From contig JBDTZG010000006.1 in the NCBI GenBank assembly GCA_040005235.1, positions 1 to 64,000 on the forward strand: DNA of 64,000 bases. Direction: 5' to 3'. Under the pieces are notes generated by a model. It did no database searches. It worked only from the letters and a program-made list of their open reading frames with translations, and had not been told where the DNA came from. Numbering within the stretch: position 1 is the stretch's first letter; the number at the start of each line of letters is the position of its first letter. The translations under genes and the position numbers were made by a program. This document shows, piece by piece, positions 56,001 to 64,000 of this stretch. Source of the DNA: Acidobacteriota bacterium. GTDB lineage: Bacteria; Acidobacteriota; Thermoanaerobaculia; Multivoradales; UBA5704.

Positions 56001-56028
56001 CCGGTTGTATACGATGGCCTTCCCTAGC

Positions 56029-56826
56029 ATGCCTGAACAATTCAATATCGTTGCCGCCCACCACCGCCTGGAGGCCGTTTGGCATGGCCCTTCGCCGGAT
56101 TCCGCGCCGACGATCGTGATGCTCCACGAGGGGCTCGGCTGCGTCGCCGGCTGGCGCGATTGGCCGGCTCGGCTCTCGCGGGAGACGGGGCTGGGGGTAC
56201 TCGTCTACAGCCGGTGGGGGTATGGCGGGTCCGATCCGGTGGCGCCGCCCCGGCCGCTTGGCTATATGCACGACGAGGCGCTCGATTCGCTGCCCGAAGT
56301 GCTGGCCGCCGCGGGCGTACGCGACGCGATTTTGCTCGGCCACAGCGACGGTGCCTCGATCGCCCTGATCTATGCCGGCAGCTCCCTCTCGAAGCTGGCC
56401 GGTGCGCCGCGGATTCGCGGCTTGGCGCTGCTTGCGCCGCACGTCTTCTGCGAGGAGATCTCGGTCGCGGCGATTTCCCGCGCCCGCGAGGCGTATCTTC
56501 ATGGCGATCTCCGGGAGCGACTCGCAAGGCATCACGGCGAAAACGTCGACGGCGCGTTCTGGGGCTGGAACCGCGTCTGGCTCGATCCCGGTTTTCGCGA
56601 TTGGAATCTCGAAGAGTTCTTGCCCGGCATCGAGGTTCCCGTGCTCGTCATCCAGAGCCAAACCGATCCGTACGGCACTCTCGCCCAGGTCGAAGCGATC
56701 GAACGCGGCGTGCGCGGGCCGTTCTCGCGGCGGATCCTTCCGGAGTGCGGCCACGCGCCACAGAAGGACCGGCCGGACGAGACGACGGCGGCGGTGATCG
56801 ATTTCGTGGCACGGACCCTGCTCTAA
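56029..56826 (+). CDS. Alpha/beta hydrolase
   Basis: MLHEGLG, YSRWGYG, GHSDG nucleophile, DPYG, GHAP. Confidence 0.92.
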   Translation: MPEQFNIVAAHHRLEAVWHGPSPDSAPTIVMLHEGLGCVAGWRDWPARLSRETGLGVLVYSRWGYGGSDPVAPPRPLGYMHDEALDSLPEVLAAAGVRDAILLGHSDGASIALIYAGSSLSKLAGAPRIRGLALLAPHVFCEEISVAAISRAREAYLHGDLRERLARHHGENVDGAFWGWNRVWLDPGFRDWNLEEFLPGIEVPVLVIQSQTDPYGTLAQVEAIERGVRGPFSRRILPECGHAPQKDRPDETTAAVIDFVARTLL

Positions 56827-56891
56827 CCCTTCCTCGTTGGCGGCATTCCTCCTGCGAACACTCCATTTCGCCGCCACCGAAGGAGGACACG

Positions 56892-58211
56892 ATGAAAATC
56901 CAAAGATGGACTTCGATGGCGGTGATCCTGGGGGTCATCGTCCTGTCGGCTGGCATGACCGCCTCTCCCGCGCGGGCCGATCATGGGTCGTTACGGGGCG
57001 AGGTCGGGATCTACTACGACGAGCTGTCCCCCTATGGGGACTGGGTGGATGACTCGCAGTACGGCGCGGCCTGGTGCCCGCGGCATGTGGGGTCGGATTG
57101 GCGACCGTATTCCGACGGTCGTTGGGTCGACAGCGATTACGGCTGGACCTGGGCTTCGGATGAGCCGTTCGGCTGGGCGACCTATCACTACGGCCGCTGG
57201 GCCTTCGATTCCCGCTACGGCTGGATCTGGGTTCCCGGCACGGTCTGGGCTCCGGCTTGGGTCTCGTGGCAGTACGGGGGCGGCTATGTCGGCTGGGCTC
57301 CGTTGCCGCCGACAGTCGGGTTCGACTTGAACGTCGGCATCCGTCTCGGAGGGCTCTCCCTGAGCACCGTGATCCAACCGCGCGACTACCTCTTCGTCTC
57401 CGAGCGTGGATTCCTGGAGCCGCGGGTCGGCCGCTATGCCGTGCCCCGGACGCGGAACCAGGATCTCTGGCGTAGGGCACGCAACGTGACGAGTTACACC
57501 GTGGTCAATAACCGGGTGATCAATCGCGGTATCGCGATCAACAGCATCGAGCGGGCGACCGGACGCAGAGTTCCGCGCTTCCGGGTTGCGGAAGTGAATA
57601 GCCGCGGCTCAGCGGGGGTCTCCAGGGATCAGCTCAGGGTCTTCCGTCCGCCCTCCGCGCAGCTTCGCTCGATCGACGTCGCAGTTCGCAACGACGCCGG
57701 AGTGCGGCCGGGAATCGGCCGCGATCAACGGAACGATCAACGAGCCGACGACCGAGGTCGTCGCCCGGACGTGAAGCCGGTACCCCGCGGTCAGGAACGC
57801 CGCGACCAGGTCGGAATTGGAACGAAGCCGGCACCCCCCGGCCAGGAGCGCCGGAACCAGATCGAGCCCCGGCCGAACAGCCGCCCGAACAACCGGCCGG
57901 TCACGAAGCCCGCAGAGCGTCCCAACGCCCGGCCGCCGGTAGTCCAAAATCAGCCGCATCGGCCCGAGCCTCCGCAGGTGAACAAGCCCCGGCCGCAAGG
58001 AAATCCGCGCCCCGAGGCGAATCGCCCTCAGCCGCGCCAGAACGAGCGTCCTAACGCCCGGCCGCAGCAGCCGCCGCGGCAAAACGATCGGCCCAACGCC
58101 CGCCCCACGCAGCCCCGGGGAGAGCGTCCGGCGGCCAAACCTAACCGGCCGCACGGCGGTGGTGGTGGGGGCGGCAACGCCAAGCCGAAGCAGCATGGTC
58201 ACGGCGGCTAA
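56892..58211 (+). CDS. DUF6600 (YxWGxW-type repeat) secreted protein with Pro/Arg/Gln-rich tail
   Basis: AGGAGG RBS, signal peptide, LSPYGDW, WRPY, PFGWATYHYGRW, WAPAWV, GWAPL. Confidence 0.88.
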   Translation: MKIQRWTSMAVILGVIVLSAGMTASPARADHGSLRGEVGIYYDELSPYGDWVDDSQYGAAWCPRHVGSDWRPYSDGRWVDSDYGWTWASDEPFGWATYHYGRWAFDSRYGWIWVPGTVWAPAWVSWQYGGGYVGWAPLPPTVGFDLNVGIRLGGLSLSTVIQPRDYLFVSERGFLEPRVGRYAVPRTRNQDLWRRARNVTSYTVVNNRVINRGIAINSIERATGRRVPRFRVAEVNSRGSAGVSRDQLRVFRPPSAQLRSIDVAVRNDAGVRPGIGRDQRNDQRADDRGRRPDVKPVPRGQERRDQVGIGTKPAPPGQERRNQIEPRPNSRPNNRPVTKPAERPNARPPVVQNQPHRPEPPQVNKPRPQGNPRPEANRPQPRQNERPNARPQQPPRQNDRPNARPTQPRGERPAAKPNRPHGGGGGGGNAKPKQHGHGG

Positions 58212-58251
58212 GCCGTCCGTTCAACCGCAGTTACTGTAGAGTTCCGTTGCA

Positions 58252-58278
58252 GATGGCGGTGCGACCTACACCGCCATC
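58252..58278 (+). terminator. Hairpin, possible terminator
   Basis: GATGGCGGTG-N7-CACCGCCATC; weak U-tail. Confidence 0.45.
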
Positions 58279-58379
58279 GGCAATTCTTGCTTGACCGCCC
58301 CCCGGAAACCTCGCCCTCTCCCGGCCCGTAGTAGCTTCAGCGTTCGCTTTCGACCGTTTGGCCGCGGAGGGACTTTCGG

Positions 58380-60791
58380 ATGAATCTCCTGCTCGACACC
58401 CGCCTCGCGTTTCGTTCCCTAGTCAAGCGGCCGGGGGCGGCATTGGTGATGATCCTCACCCTCGCTGTCGGCCTGGGCGTGAACGCTGCGATCTTCGGCG
58501 TGCTCGACCGGCTGGTTCTGCGGCCGTTCGTCTTTCCCGACGTGGACCGCATGGTCCTCCTTTCCGAGACTTCGAAGAGCGAAGAGCTGGATTCGTCGAA
58601 CGTCGCCCCCGCGAATTGGTTCGAGGTCCGGCGCGAGGCCAAAGGGATCTTCGAAAGCGTGGCGGCGTTCTCGGGGTGGAACGCCAACCTGATCGGCGCG
58701 GACGGCCCGGAGAGGGTCCTGGGTACCCGCGTCTCGACGGAGTTCTTTCGGTCCTTGCGCGTCGAGCCCGCGGCGGGTCGATTCTTCCTTCCGGGGACTC
58801 CCGATCCCGACGCGGTGGTGATTGCCGATTCGCTCTGGCGCCGGCTTGGAACCGATCCGGGAATCGTCGGCAAACCGCTTTCGATCAATGGCCGCAGCTA
58901 TCAAGTGGTGGGCGTCGCTCGGCCCGGGTTCAATTTTCCGGAAGGGAGCGAGGTCTGGTCGACGCTCGTCCTCAGCCCGGACGAAGCCGCGAGCCGGACG
59001 GATCATTACCTGAGCGTGCTCGGCCGTCTCGCGCCCGGAGTTTCGCTGTCGGCCGCCGCCGCCCGTTTCGAGGTCCTTGCGGCGGGCCTGCGAGCCCGCA
59101 ACCCTGAAACCAACGCCGGCCGGGGCATCCGGGTCCGTACTTTGACCGAAGGATTGCAGGACGAAGGGACGCCCTCGATCCTCGGCCTCTGGCAGGCTGC
59201 GGCGGCGTTCGTTCTGCTGATCGCCTGGGTCAATCTCGCCAACCTGATGCTCGCCCGCGGTTCCGAACGGCGGCGCGACCTCGCGGTGCTCGAAGCGCTC
59301 GGCGCGAGCCGAGGTCGCCGGGTGCTCACTCTGCTCTCCGAGGGCGCGGTCGTGGCCATCGCAGGGGCGCTCCTTTCGCTGCCGATCGCCGCCTTGGCGA
59401 TTCGCCTGATGCGCGACGCGATGCCGGCGACGATCCGCAAATTCATCTACGGGTGGGACCAGCTCGGCCTCGACGGCCGGACGTTCGCTTTCACCCTCGG
59501 CCTGGCCGTGTTCTCGGTCCTGGCGTTCAGCGTCTGGCCGGCGCTGCGCTCTTCCGGTTCAGGGATTGGCGGCGCGCTCCGCCAGGATCGGCGCGGAGGA
59601 TTGGGAATCGGCGCCCAGCGTGGCAGGAGCGCGCTGGTCATCGTCGAGGTCGCCGCCGGTCTCGTCCTCCTGGTGTCGGCCGCGCTCTGCGTGCGGGGTG
59701 CCACCCGGCTTCTCGACGGACCGCAAGGGTACGACCCCGACCATCTGCTGACGCTACGGGTGACGCTCGACGAGGCCCGTTATCCGGACGACGCCTCGCG
59801 GCGCGCCTTCGCCCGAGGAGCGGTCGCCCGCTTGGCCGCGCAGCCTGGCGTCGCATCCGTCGCGGAGGCAAACGTGATGCCCGCGACCGGCAACAACAAC
59901 GTCTTTCCGCTGGCGATCGAAGGGGAGGCCCCGCCGGACAAAAGCGATCCGCCGCAGGTGGATGGCCGGATGGTCTCGCCGCGCTATTTCGAGACGCTCG
60001 GCCTGCCGATCCTGTCCGGCCGCGGGATCGCCGCCTCCGACGGTCCGGACACGCTCCCCGTCGCCGTGATCAGCCGCTCGATGGCCGAGCGCTACTGGCC
60101 AGGTCGTGACCCATTGGGCAAGAGGTTCCGGGCAGGCGAAGAGGGCCAGCCCTGGCTGACCGTGGTGGGGGTGGCGGGCGACCACATCCATCATTGGTTC
60201 AACCGGCGCAATTACCCGACGTTCTTCGAGCCGCTGGAGCAGCATCCGCGGCCGCGTCTCACCCTCGCGGTGCGGACGCTCGGCGAGCCCGAGTCGTTCG
60301 CCCGCGAGGCAAGAAAGGCGTTGCGCGCGCTCGATCCCTATCAGCCGGTCTACGACGTGGGGAGCATGCGCCGCTCGATCTCCGAGTCGACGATCGGCCT
60401 GCAATACGTTGCGGCGGTGATGGCGGCTTTCGCGTTCTTCGGCGTGATTCTCGCGATCTCGGGCGTCTACGCCGTGATGGCCTATCGGGTCAGCCTGCGC
60501 CGCCAGGAGATCGGGGTCCGCGTGGCGCTCGGAGCGACGAAGCGCGACGTGCTCGGCCTCACCCTCGGCCAGGCGCTCCGCCTGACCGCACTCGGCCTCG
60601 TCGGCGGAGCGATCCTTTCCGCCTTCGCCGGACGGGCGATCAGCGGGCTCCTGCGCGGGGTTACCGAGGTCGACCCCAAGCTGATCGTCGGCGGGGTGGC
60701 GCTCTTGGGCGCCGCGATGCTGCTTGCGGCGTTCATCCCGACCCGCCGCGCCCTCGCGCTCGATCCGGCCGAGGTGCTGCGCAACGAGTAG
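58380..60791 (+). CDS. Duplicated MacB/FtsX ABC permease (ADOP type)
   Basis: LTLAVGLGVNAAIF, NLANLMLARG, VSPRYFETLG, EIGVRVALGA, PTRRA..LDP..VLR.E. Confidence 0.93.
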   Translation: MNLLLDTRLAFRSLVKRPGAALVMILTLAVGLGVNAAIFGVLDRLVLRPFVFPDVDRMVLLSETSKSEELDSSNVAPANWFEVRREAKGIFESVAAFSGWNANLIGADGPERVLGTRVSTEFFRSLRVEPAAGRFFLPGTPDPDAVVIADSLWRRLGTDPGIVGKPLSINGRSYQVVGVARPGFNFPEGSEVWSTLVLSPDEAASRTDHYLSVLGRLAPGVSLSAAAARFEVLAAGLRARNPETNAGRGIRVRTLTEGLQDEGTPSILGLWQAAAAFVLLIAWVNLANLMLARGSERRRDLAVLEALGASRGRRVLTLLSEGAVVAIAGALLSLPIAALAIRLMRDAMPATIRKFIYGWDQLGLDGRTFAFTLGLAVFSVLAFSVWPALRSSGSGIGGALRQDRRGGLGIGAQRGRSALVIVEVAAGLVLLVSAALCVRGATRLLDGPQGYDPDHLLTLRVTLDEARYPDDASRRAFARGAVARLAAQPGVASVAEANVMPATGNNNVFPLAIEGEAPPDKSDPPQVDGRMVSPRYFETLGLPILSGRGIAASDGPDTLPVAVISRSMAERYWPGRDPLGKRFRAGEEGQPWLTVVGVAGDHIHHWFNRRNYPTFFEPLEQHPRPRLTLAVRTLGEPESFAREARKALRALDPYQPVYDVGSMRRSISESTIGLQYVAAVMAAFAFFGVILAISGVYAVMAYRVSLRRQEIGVRVALGATKRDVLGLTLGQALRLTALGLVGGAILSAFAGRAISGLLRGVTEVDPKLIVGGVALLGAAMLLAAFIPTRRALALDPAEVLRNE

Positions 60792-60800
60792 CTCAGGGGG

Positions 60801-61301
60801 CTATTGCCCTCCGGGCTTCTTTGCGGCGTCGAGCTCCTTCTGCTTATCGCGCACCATCTGCTGCAGCTCGGCCTGATGCGCTTTGCCGATCTCGGCGCCG
60901 ATCTGGGCGCCTTTCTGAAATAGCTCTGGCATCTTGGTCAGGGCCTTCTTGCCGGTCGGCGTGCGATAAAACGCGATCATCTCGCGCGTTTCCGCTTCGG
61001 TGAACGTCTCCATGTAAACCTTGATCAGCTGCGGCGCCATTGCGTCCCAGGTCAAATACTTGGTCGACCATTCGAGCAGGAGGCCGCGAAAGGGCGCGAT
61101 GCCCGGGTTGGCTTTGATCTGCGCATCGATCATCGCGGTGGCGCCGCCCAGCATCGTTTTCTCCAGGTCCATCAGTCCGAACAGCTCGGTCACCGCCTGC
61201 TGGTGCGAGCCGACCGCAGGCTTGGAAGCCGCGCCGGGTGATTGCGCGTGGGCGGACGCCGTACAAAGGAGCAGCAGGGCAGCGGTCAAGAGTTTGCGCA
61301 C
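60801..61301 (-). CDS. DUF2059 domain secreted protein
   Basis: Signal peptide; Y..TFTEAE..EMIAFYRTPTGKK. Confidence 0.88.
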   Translation of the reverse strand: MRKLLTAALLLLCTASAHAQSPGAASKPAVGSHQQAVTELFGLMDLEKTMLGGATAMIDAQIKANPGIAPFRGLLLEWSTKYLTWDAMAPQLIKVYMETFTEAETREMIAFYRTPTGKKALTKMPELFQKGAQIGAEIGKAHQAELQQMVRDKQKELDAAKKPGGQ

Positions 61302-61346
61302 GGTTCTTCCTTTTCGGAGGGGGTGGGTGATGCTAGATCGATTCGA

Positions 61347-62168
61347 TCACGCCTCGAACATTGCGCTGATCTCGCGGTAGGGCACGGCGTCCTCCGCGAA
61401 GGTGAACGTGCCGTGCTCGCGCATCTCCCGGCCGGCGCGGAGGAACGCCCCAAGGGCCGCGCGGGAAAGGGCGCTTCCCACGCTCACCCGCTTGACGCCG
61501 ATTTCGGACAGCTCGGCGAGGGTGAGCTGGACGCCTTGGAGACCCATCACCACATTCATAGGGCGATCGACGGAGCGGACCACCGTGGCGATGTCCTCGC
61601 GGCTCGTGAGGCCTGGAGCGTAGAGCACGTCGGCGCCCGCCTCTTGATAGGCCTGAAGCCGGGCGATCGTGTCTTTGAGATCCGGCCGGCCGACCAGGAA
61701 GTTTTCGGCCCGGGCGGTAAGCGTGAACGGGAAGGGGAACGAGCCCGCCGCCTCCGCCGCGGCGCGGACCCGCTCGACCGCGAGATCGAGAGGGTAGATT
61801 GGATCGTCCTTCCTCTGGGTGTAGTCCTCGATCGACCCGCCGACCAGCCCGGTCGCCGCGGCGATGCGGATCGTCTCCGCGACGATTCCCGGCTCGTCCC
61901 CGAAGCCATGCTCCAGATCGGCGCTCACCGGCAGGTCGGTCGCCGAAACGATGCTCCCCACGTGGTTCATCATCTCGTCGCGGCTCGTCACGTTGTCCCG
62001 CCGCCCGACCGAGAACGAATACCCGGCGCTGGTGGTCGCGAGCGCCTCGAATCCTAGATGCGCGAGAAGCCGAGCGGTTCCCACGTCCCACGGATTGGGG
62101 ATGATGAACGCGCCGTCCCGCTCATGAAGCGCGCGAAAGTCGGTTCCTTTTTCGGCTGGGGTCCTCAT
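61347..62168 (-). CDS. Isocitrate lyase/PEP mutase family protein
   Basis: PNPWD, ALATTSAG, PVSADLE.GF, IED, AGADVLYAPG. Confidence 0.92.
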   Translation of the reverse strand: MRTPAEKGTDFRALHERDGAFIIPNPWDVGTARLLAHLGFEALATTSAGYSFSVGRRDNVTSRDEMMNHVGSIVSATDLPVSADLEHGFGDEPGIVAETIRIAAATGLVGGSIEDYTQRKDDPIYPLDLAVERVRAAAEAAGSFPFPFTLTARAENFLVGRPDLKDTIARLQAYQEAGADVLYAPGLTSREDIATVVRSVDRPMNVVMGLQGVQLTLAELSEIGVKRVSVGSALSRAALGAFLRAGREMREHGTFTFAEDAVPYREISAMFEA

Positions 62169-62189
62169 GTTGGCGCTCTCCTGCGGATC

Positions 62190-62573
62190 TCAGAGTCCCA
62201 GCGCCGTCGGATGCCGCGGCTGGTAGAGCCCGAGCTCGCCGCCACTCGGCAGCGGAATCGTCGTCTTCAGGCCCCAGGGGGCTTGGTCGACCTCCGTGCA
62301 AGCAATGCCCTTGGCCGCGAGCGATTTAACCGTCGCATGGAGGTCCTCGCACATCAGATAGACGACCGCGCCGAGGAGCTGATGCCCCGCGTGCACCTGC
62401 TCGGGAGAATCGTCGCCTTCGATGGGATGGAGGGCCGCCTCCGCCGGGGGCAGAGCGAAGATCAGCCAGCCATGCCCGGCGTCGACCGAGCGAAGCTCCA
62501 GGACATCGGTGAAGAAGGCCCGATCGGCTTCTGGGTCGCGGCTGTAGAAGAGAACGTGGGCGCCGTTGAACAT
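62190..62573 (-). CDS. VOC/glyoxalase family protein
   Basis: GAHVLFYS, AFF.DVL, WG, LP.GG..GLYQP.HP. Confidence 0.88.
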   Translation of the reverse strand: MFNGAHVLFYSRDPEADRAFFTDVLELRSVDAGHGWLIFALPPAEAALHPIEGDDSPEQVHAGHQLLGAVVYLMCEDLHATVKSLAAKGIACTEVDQAPWGLKTTIPLPSGGELGLYQPRHPTALGL

Positions 62574-62751
62574 GGCCGGGACCCTATCAACTTTTGAGCC
62601 CGAAGCTGATCGGCGGAAACCTATTTTGGCCGAGCGGCATAGCTCAAAGGTAGGGCAAGAGTGTGCCTCTGGCTTTTCAGTCGAAACTGCTACCCTCGAC
62701 CTCAGCGCGGCGCGAAGGTGCGTCTCGCGCCCCCGATAGGAGATTCCGCCC

Positions 62752-63051
62752 ATGGTTACAGTCGCCCTGTTCGTCCGTTTGGAAGCAAAGCCCGGTAAGG
62801 AAGACGAGGTCGAGAGCTTCCTCAAAGGTGGTCTCGCAATCGTCGAGGGGGAACCGGCAACCACCGCTTGGTTCGCTCTTCGCCTTGGACCCTCGACCTT
62901 CGGCATTTTCGATGCGTTTCCGGACGAGTCCGGCCGGCAGGCGCATCTGAGCGGCCAAGTGGCTGCCGCCCTGATGGCCAAGGCGCCCGACCTTTTGTCC
63001 CAGCCCCCGTCGATCGAAAAAGTCGACGTCTTGGCCGCGAAACTGCCCTAG
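62752..63051 (+). CDS. Antibiotic biosynthesis monooxygenase (ABM) family protein
   Basis: LEAKPGKE, EP.T..WFA, FGIFDAF.DE.GR.AHL; AGGAG RBS. Confidence 0.9.
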   Translation: MVTVALFVRLEAKPGKEDEVESFLKGGLAIVEGEPATTAWFALRLGPSTFGIFDAFPDESGRQAHLSGQVAAALMAKAPDLLSQPPSIEKVDVLAAKLP

Positions 63052-63057
63052 AGCCCC

Positions 63058-63597
63058 TCAGATCCTTTCGATCGCGTCGGCGGGCAGACGGGCGAGCAGC
63101 TCGCGCACCGTCCGCCCTGCCGGCGGCACGGGTTCGTCGGGGATTAGGTCGGCGAGCGGTTGAAGGACGAAACGCCGCTCGGCGAGCAGCGGATGGGGCA
63201 GCAAGATCTCGGGGCGAGCGGAGATTCGCTCGCCGAACCAGAGTAGGTCGAGATCGAGCGGCCGCGGCCCCCAGCGCTCGCTCCGTCGTCGGCCGACCGA
63301 GCGCTCGATTGCCTGGCAGAGCGCTAGGAGCGATTCGGCGTCCAGGGGAGAACGGGCGACGAGCGCGCTGTTCAGGTAGTCCGGCTGGGCAACGGCTGAG
63401 ACCGCGGTTGTGCGGTAGATCGGCGCCATCCGGATCTCCGAAAGATGTGCGCCCAAAACGCCAAGGGCCCGGTCGAAGTGATCTTCGACGGGCCCGAGGT
63501 TGCCACCGAGGGCTAGCGCGACCCGAGGCTCACTCCTCGTCGTCGATGTCCTCTTCTTCGTCGTCGGTCCCGAGGTCGGCTCCGACCAGCTCGTCAT
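63058..63597 (-). CDS. folK: 6-hydroxymethyl-7,8-dihydropterin pyrophosphokinase (start uncertain)
   Basis: [29 protein letters not shown]...RRFVL.PL. Confidence 0.93.
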   Translation of the reverse strand: MTSWSEPTSGPTTKKRTSTTRSEPRVALALGGNLGPVEDHFDRALGVLGAHLSEIRMAPIYRTTAVSAVAQPDYLNSALVARSPLDAESLLALCQAIERSVGRRRSERWGPRPLDLDLLWFGERISARPEILLPHPLLAERRFVLQPLADLIPDEPVPPAGRTVRELLARLPADAIERI

Positions 63598-63841
63598 CGA
63601 TCAATTCGTCGTCCGCGACGACCTCGCCCGGGGCCTCTTCCGGCTCGTCGTCGAACGTGCGCGCCACTTCCGCTTTGCGCTTCTTGCGCGCCGCCTGGGT
63701 CGCGGCGAGTTGGGTCGAAGGAGCGGCGTGGGACTGGTTCGCGCCGCACTTCGGGCAGATCGGCTCCGGCTTGCCCAGGTCGTAGAACTTGGTGCCGCAG
63801 CTATAGCACTCGTGCTTGCTTCCGAGCTTGGTTTCGGCCAT
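63530..63841 (-). CDS. FYDLN_acid (TIGR02300) zinc-ribbon protein
   Basis: [11 protein letters not shown]...CPKCG and acidic tail. Confidence 0.9.
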   Translation of the reverse strand: MAETKLGSKHECYSCGTKFYDLGKPEPICPKCGANQSHAAPSTQLAATQAARKKRKAEVARTFDDEPEEAPGEVVADDELIDDELVGADLGTDDEEEDIDDEE

Positions 63842-63923
63842 TGAGACGGATCTCCGCCGCGGCGAAGAAGCCGCGTTTTCAGGCGCGGGAACGTAGCACC
63901 CGCTCCCGGTGGTGTCAACGGTG

Positions 63924-63965
63924 GAAAGAAAAAGACCGCCGGAGTGAGTACGCACCCCGGCGGCC
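63924..63965 (-). terminator. Rho-independent terminator of an upstream gene
   Basis: CCGCCGG hairpin followed by TCTTTTTCTTT on the minus strand. Confidence 0.6.
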
Positions 63966-64000
63966 TTGGTTCTTCAGGCGGAACATCTTACGAGGCGGTG

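Noticed and set aside
55858-56826. Functional DUF4143-hydrolase fusion protein
   Set aside because: The DUF4143 part is a frameshifted fragment, and the hydrolase is complete from ATG 56029.
57700-58200. Repeats such as NERPNARP in the DUF6600 tail
   Set aside because: Ordinary low-complexity disordered tail for this family.

Overview
High-GC chromosomal window, probably Acidobacteriota. This is inferred from an ADOP-type duplicated MacB permease, an Oar-like TonB-dependent receptor and DUF3857/DUF6600 genes. Housekeeping genes (rnd, add, speA, apaG, aquaporin, rlmN, tatA, ggt, pntA, folK) are interrupted by accessory patches. (1) 1-3.4 kb: 3' end of an RHS toxin with a Cys/Gly-rich C-terminus, a coupled membrane immunity gene, and a decayed orphan RHS-tip/immunity array. 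(2) 5.7-11.4 kb: LytTR regulator, TonB receptor and LytS kinase, with a consensus sigma54 promoter and phased GGGACG(AA) repeats. (3) 12.76-13.05 kb: 14 x 21-bp array of TGCAC-NN-GTGCA palindromes. (4) 14-18.9 kb: a fossil integron largely invisible in the ORF track. It has an intI pseudogene, an attI-like site, cassettes for Imm21-like, DUF4259 and a SUKH-like protein with damaged attC sites, three toxin-antitoxin loci, and a duplicated 3' end of adenosine deaminase. (5) speA, cysteine dioxygenase and sulfite oxidase in one apparent operon. (6) 40-43.5 kb: lower-GC island after an orphan pntA. (7) ECF sigma/ChrR pair with a likely DUF1223 target. No rRNA, tRNA or CRISPR array was seen. Family names come from motif recognition by eye, not database searches.
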